From: an uncultured Methanosarcinales archaeon
GTDB lineage: Archaea; Nanobdellota; Nanobdellia; Woesearchaeales; SM23-78
DNA length: 20,005 nt
NCBI GenBank assembly: GCA_964354085.1
Contig: CAYGYA010000010.1
Location: 1 to 20,005 of the forward strand
Direction: 5' to 3'
Made by a program: the position numbers and the translations under genes. The notes under the pieces were generated by a model, which saw nothing but the letters and a program-made list of their open reading frames with translations, ran no database searches and was not told where the DNA came from. Below, piece by piece: positions 1-8,100 of the stretch (the stretch's first letter is position 1; each line of letters starts with the position of its first letter).

Positions 1-310
1 GTCAATGGCTTGGTGACGTGGGCTCGGCCGATCGCGATCATTCTTTCATTTATAAAGCGGTTATGCCTTTAATAGTTTCTCTTGATGATTATATCTATGC
101 TCGCCTGAGTTGTCCTGTCTTTTCATTGAATAGATTGTCGAATCAGGCAGCGTTTGAATGAAATTCAGTTTAGGACTCAAAATTGCTCTTTGCCAGGAAC
201 AAGTATGTTTTTTCTTCTTATCTCTGACAAGGCTTGTCTTTAAGGAATCAATAGAAATAAATACTAGCGCAATAAACGATTAAGTAGTTTAATAATATAA
301 ACAAACTAAC

Positions 311-461
311 GGGGTGACAAGAAGCTGAATTAGAGGCTTGCCCCATGGCAACGGTACTCCGAGGTCATACTCGGGGCCGTGGCGTCTAGACGCCTAAAGG
401 CACGGGCTCAAAAACCTTTTTCCGGGTTTTTGCTTGTCCGGGTCGTGGCGCTTTCTTTTTT
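311..461 (+). ncRNA. Candidate structured small RNA of unknown class (~145-150 nt)
   Basis: A GC-rich island sits in an AT-rich spacer of about 700 nt that has no ORF. It contains several perfect helices: GGGG..CAAG/CTTG..CCCC (311-344), CTCCGAG/CTCGGGG (357-376), CCGTG/CACGG (377-405) enclosing the palindrome GGCGTCTAGACGCC (381-394), and AAAAACC/GGTTTTT (410-431). An A/T-rich TATA-like stretch (284-300) lies about 20-27 nt upstream of the GGGG at 311. A T-run (452-461) follows. I could not match it to tRNA, 5S, SRP or RNase P motifs by eye. Confidence 0.35.
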
Positions 462-494
462 ATGCAAAATAAAATTCATGTTTTTAACGTAACC

Positions 495-503
495 TTTTTA
501 AAG
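495..503 (+). promoter_or_regulatory. TATA-like box for tRNA-iMet
   Basis: TTTTTAAAG is centred about 29 nt upstream of the tRNA 5' end at 528. This spacing is typical of archaeal promoters. Confidence 0.4.
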
Positions 504-527
504 TCGGTGGGATAACAGAGTCTTCAC

Positions 528-630
528 AGCGGGGTAGGGCAGCTAGGAGTGCCCGTCGGGCTCATAACCCGGAGGTCGATGGAAACAGCCAGAAATGAGC
601 TGTTGTCGAATTCAAATCCATCCCCCGCTA
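528..630 (+). tRNA. Initiator tRNA-Met (CAU) with a 28-nt intron (583-610) between T-stem position 53 and T-loop position 54
   Basis: I folded it by hand:
- acceptor AGCGGGG/CCCCGCT (A1:U72) with discriminator A;
- D-arm GGGC-AGCTAGGAGT-GCCC;
- anticodon arm TCGGG-CTCATAA-CCCGG, with the three G:C pairs typical of initiators;
- variable loop AGGTC;
- T-arm GATGG (578-582) / TTCAAAT (611-617) / CCATC (618-622), interrupted by 583-610.

The mature length is 75 nt and no CCA is encoded. BHB reading: central helix CGAT (577-580)/GTCG (605-608), bulges GGA (581-583) and AAT (609-611), inner helix AACAGC/GCTGTT. Cutting after the second bulge nucleotide yields exactly GATGG|TTCAAAT. Confidence 0.85.
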
Positions 631-636
631 GTAGGC

Positions 637-670
637 GGAGGGAGCAATCCCTCTGTTTTTTCTTTTTTCG
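637..670 (+). terminator. Hairpin plus T-tracts downstream of tRNA-iMet
   Basis: The hairpin GGAGGGA-gcaa-TCCCTC is followed by TGTTTTTTTCTTTTTT. Oligo-T tracts are archaeal termination signals. Confidence 0.4.
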
Positions 671-706
671 TAAGATTAATAATTAGCAAGCTCATTCTAG
701 TTCATC

Positions 707-1645
707 ATGAACTTCCCAAAACTCTCATCAAAGACAATTCTCGCTCCCATGGCAGGTGTGAATGACATTGCTTTCCGTCTTTTGTGCAAGGAGTACGGCT
801 GTGGCTTGACTTTTTCTGAGATGATTAGCGCTGCTGCTCTTAGTAGGCATAACCAGGCAGCTATCAGGCTGATTGATTTTTCTGACAAAGATAATGAGCA
901 TCCTTTTGGCATTCAGCTTTTCGGCCAGACAACAGAGCAAGTTGTCAAGGCTGCAATGTTTGTAGAGGAGAACTATAAGCCTGATGTGATTGATTTTAAT
1001 CTTGGCTGCCCTGCTAGTAAGATAATCAAGCAGGGTGCTGGCTGTGCATTGTTATTGAGGAAGAGCAGGATAAAAGAAATTGTTAGTAGCTGCGCTAAAG
1101 AACTAAGCACACCTTTTACTGTGAAAATCAGGAGTGGCATTGACAGCAATAATATTGTTGCTGTTGAAATTGCTAAGCTTTGCGAAGAAGCAGGAGCCTG
1201 CGCAATAACAGTGCATCCCAGGACTATGAAACAAGCCTATAGTGGTAAGGCTGACTGGCAAATAATTAAAAAGGTTAAGGAGGCAGTTAGTATTCCTGTG
1301 ATTGGCAATGGAGACATATTTGCTCCTGCAGATGCTAAGAAAATGATGGATGAAACAGGCTGCGATTATGTAATGGTAGGGAGAGCTGCTATGAAGTCTC
1401 CTATCATTTTTCAGCAAATAAATGATTACTTTCGCAAAAAACATTACAATCAATCTGATGATAGCTCAAGGCTTAAGCTGATAAAGAAATACTTGTTACT
1501 AGCAGAAAAGCATGGCGTTAGTTTTTTTAGGATAAAACTTCACTGCCAGCATTTCACCACGGGATTCAAAGGCGGTGCAGAGATGAGAAACAAGATAAGC
1601 ACTAGCAAGGATGTTGATGAACTCAGAGAAATTCTCAATATATAA
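707..1645 (+). CDS. dus: tRNA-dihydrouridine synthase (Dus/NifR3 family, FMN TIM barrel)
   Basis: 312-aa ORF. The N-terminus [16 protein letters not shown], the catalytic-Cys motif DFNLGCPA, and VHPRT, IGNGDI and VMVGRAA are all typical Dus family motifs. Confidence 0.9.
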
Positions 1646-1710
1646 CAATAATCTATTGTTCGGAGGATTGCGAACAAAGTGAGCATATCCTCCTTAAGCC
1701 TTTCCCCAAA

Positions 1711-1738
1711 GGCTTTTGCGAATGCAAAAGGCTTTTTT
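1711..1738 (+). terminator. Stem-loop plus T6 downstream of dus
   Basis: GGCTTTTGC-gaat-GCAAAAGGC forms 9 bp with one mismatch and is followed directly by TTTTTT (1733-1738). Confidence 0.4.
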
Positions 1739-1775
1739 CATAATCTTTAAAAGCAAGTAGTTTATTTCTAGAGGC

Positions 1776-2630
1776 ATGAGCCAATTCAGTAATGCTTTTA
1801 AGACGACAATCCTATTAGCACTGCTTACAGCTCTATTATTGTGGGTGGGTAGGCTTGTAGGTGGGACTTCTGGCCTTATTGTGGCGTTTGTTTTTGTCAT
1901 AATAATGAATTTCTCAATGTATTGGTGGAGCGACAAGATTGTTCTCTGGATGTACAAGGCTAAAGAGTTGCCTAAGAACCATCCTATTAACAGGATTGTT
2001 AAGGAAGTGGCTGATAAGGCAGGCTTGCCAATGCCCAGGACTTATATGATTGAGAGCGCTACTCCTAATGCTTTTGCAACTGGCAGAAGCCCAAAGCACT
2101 CAGCAGTTGCAGTTACTAATGGGATCCTTACCCTACTTGATGAGAAAGAACTAAAAGGAGTTATTGCCCACGAATTAAGCCATGTCAAGAACAGAGACAC
2201 CTTAATCCAGACTGTTGCAGCAGTTATTGCCGGGATTATTTCCTATGTTGCTTCAATGGCAAGGTGGGCTGCTATTTTTGGCGGCGGAAACCAAGATGAT
2301 AGAGGTAATAATTGGCTTAGCTTGTTAGTGCTCACAATTATCACTCCATTAATCGCTGTCATGTTGCAGCTTGCTCTTTCAAGAACGCGAGAGTACATGG
2401 CTGATGAGGGTAGTGCAAAGATTATGCACGATGGAAAGCCTCTCAGCAGCGCCTTGAGAAAACTAGAAAAAGGAAATGCAATAAGGCCTTTTAGGCAGGG
2501 AGAAGGAACTCCTGCAACAGCTCCATTATTCATTGTCAATCCTTTCAGAGGGAGCTTCTTAATCCAGCTCCTCAGCACTCATCCAGCCATGGAGAAGAGG
2601 ATTGCCAGGCTTGAGGCAATGAGGTTCTGA
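1776..2630 (+). CDS. htpX: Zn-metalloprotease HtpX (peptidase M48), membrane-bound
   Basis: 284-aa ORF with N-terminal and central hydrophobic segments and the HELSH zinc motif (AHELSHVKNRD). It also has the downstream REYMADE Glu and the C-terminal STHPAMEKRI typical of HtpX. The TATA-like CTTTAAAAG (1745-1753) is about 27 nt upstream of the ATG, which suggests a leaderless transcript. Confidence 0.9.
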   Translation: MSQFSNAFKTTILLALLTALLLWVGRLVGGTSGLIVAFVFVIIMNFSMYWWSDKIVLWMYKAKELPKNHPINRIVKEVADKAGLPMPRTYMIESATPNAFATGRSPKHSAVAVTNGILTLLDEKELKGVIAHELSHVKNRDTLIQTVAAVIAGIISYVASMARWAAIFGGGNQDDRGNNWLSLLVLTIITPLIAVMLQLALSRTREYMADEGSAKIMHDGKPLSSALRKLEKGNAIRPFRQGEGTPATAPLFIVNPFRGSFLIQLLSTHPAMEKRIARLEAMRF

Positions 2631-2669
2631 GGCAATAATTTTAAATAGTCCTTTTCTTAACTTATAGCC

Positions 2670-3815
2670 ATGTTTGGTAATAAGCTTGGTAATAAGCCTG
2701 ATAATAATATAGAGGACTTTGAAAAGAATAAAAAGCAGTTTGAAAAGCTTCTTAATAGTATTGACAAGAAGCTTCCTTTCCTGGGTATGAATCCTGTTAA
2801 TGAGGCTTCTGAGAAAAAGAAGTTCTTCAAGAATCCTGGTTATAACCCTGTTTTTAAGTACAGGAAGCCTGCTTCTTGTGAAAAGCTTTTCAGGAAGATA
2901 GATGAAGTTGAGCTTGGCCAGGATGTTATTAGCAGGTTGCTCTTGCAGAGGCTTGAGAAGTTCAAGAGAACCAATGCCATGGTACAGAATCTTGGAAAGC
3001 CAGAATTCACTTTTTTCTCAAAAGGCATATTTGACAAGCCATCGCAGGAATTAATAGTCCAGGCCTATGAAATCCTCAAATTAGAGCCAGAGAAAGAAGA
3101 GAATAATATCCCTGCAAAGAAAGTATTGGTTGAGATGAAGAAGATATTGCGCAGCCTCGGATTAAAAGACTGGAAAGTAGGCTATAAGAACATGGCTGCT
3201 AATGCAGCAGTTATCACCTCAAAAAAAGCTGTTTATGTGAAGAAAAAAGCTAAGTTTTCAAATGACTTCCTAAAAAGGATTGTTGTCCATGAGATAGGAA
3301 CCCATGTGTTTCGCGCTTTGAATGGCGAGAAGCAGCCTTACAAGATATTTTTCACAGGTTTGCCTAACTACTTGGGTACAGAAGAAGGGCTCGCTGTTAA
3401 TATCGAGGAGATGCATAATTGCCTGAAAATTAATACTCTCAGGACATATGCAGGCAGAGCAATTGCAGTCAACCTTAGCCTGCAAAAAGGCTTCAGGGAT
3501 GTCTTCAATGACTTAAAGGAACACTTCAATGATGATTTTGCATGGAAACTAGCCTTGAGAGCAAAGAGAGGATTAACAGATACATCAAAACCAGGGGCAT
3601 ATACTAAAGACTATCTTTACCTGGATGGTTATTACAAGGTTAAAAAATTCCTTGGAGAGAACAAAGAAGAAGGATTAAAAAAGCTCTACTATGGCAGAAT
3701 GGACTTAGAGCAAATCCCTCTGATAAGCCAGCTTGAAGGCTTGAGAGAGCCAGAGTTCCTTCCTAATTCTGAAATTTTTAAAGGGCTAATAGAACAAATC
3801 AGCGGTAAAGTTTAA
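2670..3815 (+). CDS. DUF1704 / MATCAP-like putative metallocarboxypeptidase (QEGLA-motif family)
   Basis: 381-aa ORF. It has the HExxxH-type motif VVHEIGTHVF followed by TEEGLAVNIE. I recall this pairing of a His-Glu zinc motif with an EGLA motif as the DUF1704 signature. An A/T box at 2634-2648 lies about 27 nt upstream of the ATG. Confidence 0.6.
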   Translation: MFGNKLGNKPDNNIEDFEKNKKQFEKLLNSIDKKLPFLGMNPVNEASEKKKFFKNPGYNPVFKYRKPASCEKLFRKIDEVELGQDVISRLLLQRLEKFKRTNAMVQNLGKPEFTFFSKGIFDKPSQELIVQAYEILKLEPEKEENNIPAKKVLVEMKKILRSLGLKDWKVGYKNMAANAAVITSKKAVYVKKKAKFSNDFLKRIVVHEIGTHVFRALNGEKQPYKIFFTGLPNYLGTEEGLAVNIEEMHNCLKINTLRTYAGRAIAVNLSLQKGFRDVFNDLKEHFNDDFAWKLALRAKRGLTDTSKPGAYTKDYLYLDGYYKVKKFLGENKEEGLKKLYYGRMDLEQIPLISQLEGLREPEFLPNSEIFKGLIEQISGKV

Positions 3816-3843
3816 AAACACCACTACTTTCCTTTTTCTCACC

Positions 3844-4488
3844 ATGATAATTGCAGGGGTGGAAGAGGCTGGGAGAGGGCCTGTTATTGGGCCAATGGTT
3901 ATGGTTCTTGCTGCTGTTGAAGAAGAAGATGAGTTCAAGCTCAAAACCATGGGTGTTAAAGATTCTAAACTGCTAACCCCACAGCAAAGAGAAGCGCTGT
4001 ACAATGAAATCAAGGACTTGTGCAAGTTCGAGATGGTCAAGATACAGCCAGAAGAGATTGATGCTGCTGTTCTTAGCGAGGAAACAAACCTTAACTGGCT
4101 CGAAGCAGACCATTCAGTAATAATGATAAACAAGCTAAGGCCTGACAAGGTAATCCTTGACTGCCCAAGCACTAACATAAAAGCTTACAGAGAATACATC
4201 ATGAAAAAGCTCAATTACAAGCCAATATTGGTAGTAGAGCACAAGGCAGATGTTAAATACACCATAGTCGGAGCAGCAAGCATACTGGCAAAGGTTGCAA
4301 GAGACCATGAGATAAAAAAGCTGAAAACAAAGTATGGAGTTAATTTTGGCAGCGGCTACCCAAGCGACCCGTTAACTATTGATTTTACAATGAAGAACTT
4401 TGACAAATATCCTTTCTTCAGGCAGAGCTGGGAGACCTGGCAGCATGCAAAAAAGAGAGGCGGGCAAAAGAAACTAGGAGAATTCTGA
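3844..4488 (+). CDS. rnhB: Ribonuclease HII (archaeal type)
   Basis: 214-aa ORF. MIIAGVEEAGRGPVIGPMV matches the archaeal RNase HII N-terminus (GIDEAGRGPVIGPMV). KDSKLLTPQQRE, EHKAD, AASILAKVARD and GSGYPSDP are also conserved family blocks. Confidence 0.9.
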   Translation: MIIAGVEEAGRGPVIGPMVMVLAAVEEEDEFKLKTMGVKDSKLLTPQQREALYNEIKDLCKFEMVKIQPEEIDAAVLSEETNLNWLEADHSVIMINKLRPDKVILDCPSTNIKAYREYIMKKLNYKPILVVEHKADVKYTIVGAASILAKVARDHEIKKLKTKYGVNFGSGYPSDPLTIDFTMKNFDKYPFFRQSWETWQHAKKRGGQKKLGEF

Positions 4489-4523
4489 AAATAAACAGAT
4501 GACAAAAATTAGTTCATCAGTTC

Positions 4524-4937
4524 TTAACCAACAATAGAATCTATGTAGACCCTCTCATTTCCAATATTCAATATCTTGAGTGTATCGACCTGTACCTGCC
4601 CTGATTTAGGGACCTTAAAACCTCCCGGAACAACCCCCGGGAATATTTCCCTCCAGGCATCTTGAACAAGGGCAGCCACAGAATACTCTCCGCCCTTTGC
4701 AATTATTTTTCCATCATTATATTGCTCTTGAGGTAAAAAAGGCTTCTCCATCTTCAATACCAATTCTCCACCAGGCATAATTTCAGCATATTTGTCATCC
4801 TGTTTTCCAAGCGCATAATGAGGATTATTAACAAGATTTGAGCTTATAATCTCTTTTACATAAAACTCCTTAATTTCTTGATTTGGTTTTATTGCCGGAA
4901 TATCGGCTTTGCTAGAAGCATCTACTCCTAAAACCAA
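4524..4937 (-). CDS. Hypothetical protein (start uncertain; possibly N-terminally longer)
   Basis: 137-aa ORF that begins at a TTG. I recognised no family motif. The in-frame upstream codons (to the stop at 4994-4992) encode KKIERRTACKDIAYLVAG, which continues into LVLGV and resembles a charged-then-hydrophobic signal or anchor. Confidence 0.55.
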   Translation of the reverse strand: MVLGVDASSKADIPAIKPNQEIKEFYVKEIISSNLVNNPHYALGKQDDKYAEIMPGGELVLKMEKPFLPQEQYNDGKIIAKGGEYSVAALVQDAWREIFPGVVPGGFKVPKSGQVQVDTLKILNIGNERVYIDSIVG

Positions 4938-5148
4938 ACCCGCTACAAGATAAGCAATATCTTTACAAGCAGTTCTGCGTTCTATCTTTTTTCACCCCGG
5001 AAAAATAGGTAATGTTTTCGTTTATATAAATATTTCCTAATCAAAGCCAGATGTCCAGAAAAACCACAACCTTTTTATATCATTATCTTATAAGGTTTAT
5101 ACAGGGTTATAACTATATTAGCACGAAATAAGCGGTGAGTGAATAAGC

Positions 5149-8100
5149 ATGACTAGGATTAACAGGCTTGTAATGAAAGGCTTTAAGTCCTTTGCTAACA
5201 AGACTGAGATGGTTTTTGGCGATCATTTCAACTGTATTCTTGGGCCTAATGGTTCTGGCAAGAGCAATGTCCTTGACGCCTTGTGTTTTGTTCTTGGAAA
5301 GAGCAGTGTTAAGGATATGAGAGCAGAGAAATCAGCCAACCTAATATATAATGGTGGGAAAAGAAAAAGCCCTTCAAAAGAAGGCTCAGTTGGCATTTAT
5401 TTTGATAATAAGTCCAAAATTTTTGGCGCTGAGTTTGGTGAAGAAGTAGAAATCACAAGGATAGTAAAGCATAATGGCCAGTCAACTTACAAGATAAATA
5501 CGAAGACCAGGACAAGGCAGCAGATTATCGACCTATTAAGCAAAGCCAGAATCAATCCTAATGGCTATAACATAATCCTTCAGGGAGATATTGTCAGGCT
5601 AATTGAAATGAGCCCGATGGAAAGAAGGAGCATGATAGAAGAGATTGCAGGCATAAGCATATACGAGGATAAGAAAAACAAGGCTATCAGGGAGCTGACA
5701 AGAGTTGAAGAAAAACTTAATGAAGCAACCATAATTCTGGCTGAGAGAGAAAATTATCTTAAAGATCTTAAAAAAGAGAGAAACCAGGCTTTAAAATTCA
5801 GGGATTTGAATGACAAGATAAAACAAAACAAAGCCACTGTGCTTGACAGAAAAATCAACATCAAGAAGACAAAAAGAGACGAGCTAGAATGCAAGATAGG
5901 CGATAATAACAAGAGGATAGATGCCTTAAAAAAAGATATTGAAAAACTAAGGGATTCAATTGCAAAGAAGAAAAAGGAAATTGAGGATATTAACAAGGAA
6001 GTTGAGGAGAAAGGAGAAAAAGAACAGGTAGCGCTTCATAAGGATATTGAAAAGATTAAAGTTGAAACCGCACTTAACAAGCAAAGGATACAAACAGTCG
6101 AGGGAGAGATAAAAAAGATTAATGACAGGACAGTAGAGCTCAATAACAGCTATAAGGAATTACTAGACAAGATCACAATTCTTGAAAATAATAAGAAAGA
6201 GCTTGAGGGAAGGATTAAGACTAATGAAAAAGACCTCGGCCTTGTTGAGAAGAGCATAGTTGATTTCAGGAAAAAGAACAAGCTAGAAGATGCCCAAAAA
6301 ATTGATACTGATGTAACAGAGATTGACAAGAAAGCAGATGCAATACAGGAAGAAGTACACAAGCTAAGAGAAAAGCAGCAGGAATTGCTTAGGGAAAAAG
6401 ACAGGCTTGATTTAAAGATACAATCCATAGACGACAAGATAGAAAAAGTATTAGGTATTGAGAAAGAGAACAAGGTATCGCTTGAGAAGCTAAAATCAAA
6501 TAGGGAAAGCCTGAAAAAAAAAGAGAACGAACTCACCAAAGCACTTGATTATGATGCAAGCCTTGCAACACAACTAGGAGACGCCAGAGATAAGCATCTT
6601 GCAAAGAAAGAAGAAGAATCAGGTATGAGGGCGCGCTCAGTAAGCATAAGGGAATCAATGGAAGGTGGGTTTGCCCTTAAAAGAATACTTGAATTAAAAG
6701 CTAATGGCACAATAAAAGGGATTATCGGAACTGTTTCTGAGCTAGGCCAGGTAAAAGAAGAATATGCGCTTGCGCTCGAAGTATCAGCAGGACCAAGGCT
6801 TTCAAGCGTCGTTGTAGAGACTGATGAAATAGCTGCAAAATGCATCAAATACCTGAAAGAAAATAAGCTAGGAATAGCAACTTTCCTGCCGCTCAATAAA
6901 CTAAAGCCAAGAGAAGTAAGAGATGGGTTAAGAAAGCTGGAAAAGCCTGGCGTGATTGGCCTAGCAATTGATTTAGTCACATTCCCAGAGAAATATAGAA
7001 AAGTCTTTGAGTATGTTTTCGGAAGCACTCTTGTTGTTGAAACAGTAGAGACTGCACGAAAAGTCGGTGTTGGCGAAGAGAGAATGGTCACGCTGACAGG
7101 GGACCTGATAGAGACTAGTGGGGCAATGCAAGGAGGCTTTAGGCAGAGAAAGAAAGGCATAGGCTTCCAGGACAAGGAGATTAATGAGAAACTAAAATCA
7201 CTTGAAGCAGAGATAAAAGACCTATCAAACATTATTGCTAATCTTGATGTTAAGAAAAAGAACAATGAGACCCGAATTGAGGATTTAAGAAAAGAAAAAG
7301 CAGAGCATGAAGGAGAAGTCATCAAGCTTGAGAAAACACTCCACCTTGACTCAGCAGACCTTGACGCTAACAAGAAAGAAAAAGAAGGTATAGCAGGAGA
7401 GCTAGCAAATATTAATACTGAATCAGAGAAGATAAGAAAAGAGCTCATAGACAAGAACAAGGAGTTAACCAACCTAAAAGAGCAGAAGCAGAAACTAAGA
7501 GAAGAGCTTGCAAGACTAAAAAGCCCTGCCTTGCTCGCAGAACTGAACTCATTTGAGCAGAAAAAAACAGAACTAAAAGAAGAACTCAGCAAGCTACACC
7601 TTGAAATAAAAAATAATGATATTCAGCATAGCACCATCCTCGGGCCAGAAGGAGGAAAAATCCAGCAAATACTAAAGCAGCATGAGAAAGAAAAAACAGA
7701 TTTCAGCAGGGAGAAAAAAGAAGTACAAGAACTTATACAAACCCAGGAATTAGAACTCAAGGAAAAAGAAAAGAACCAGGCACAATTCTTTGCCCAGTTC
7801 AAAGCCCTGTTCACAAAGAGAACCAAGCTGAGCGAAGAGATTAACAAGCTTGAAGCAGAGATTATAATCAAGGACAACGGAACAAGAGAGCACGAGCAAA
7901 AGAATAATATTACGGGCTTGGAAAACGCAGCCATAAAAGCAGAGCTCGCAGGCCTAGAACAAGAATTCAGGCAATATGAAGGGGTTCCATTGTTCAAGGA
8001 AAAGAGCGATGAGGACATGGAAAAAGAAATACGCCAGTTCGAAAAGATGATGTCTGACATAGGCGCTGTGAACATGAAAGCCCTGGAGATTTATGAGAAA

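Noticed and set aside
1-41. A GC-rich left edge (GTCAATGGCTTGGTGACGTGGGCTCGGCCGATCGCGATC). It could be the 5' end of a minus-strand gene (ATG at 41-39, MIAIGRAHVTKPL) or the 3' end of a structural RNA.
   Set aside because: Only 13 codons or about 40 nt are visible. The TATA-like box at 50-57 is too close to that ATG. I could not match the sequence to any rRNA or tRNA terminus. There is too little sequence to call anything.
83-108. A possible C/D box sRNA, with TGATGA at 83-88 and CTGA at 105-108.
   Set aside because: The spacer is 16 nt rather than the roughly 12 nt typical of archaeal guides. There is no convincing C'/D' pair or second CTGA, and no terminal stem or k-turn context. It is probably a chance occurrence.
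311-461. The GC-rich structured region interpreted as a tRNA (split, permuted or intron-containing), 5S rRNA, SRP RNA or RNase P RNA.
   Set aside because: Neither strand has a T-loop GTTCRAAT motif or matching acceptor strands. The SRP helix-8 motifs and the RNase P CR-I (GAGGAAAGTCC-like) motif are also absent. It is therefore reported only as an unassigned ncRNA candidate.
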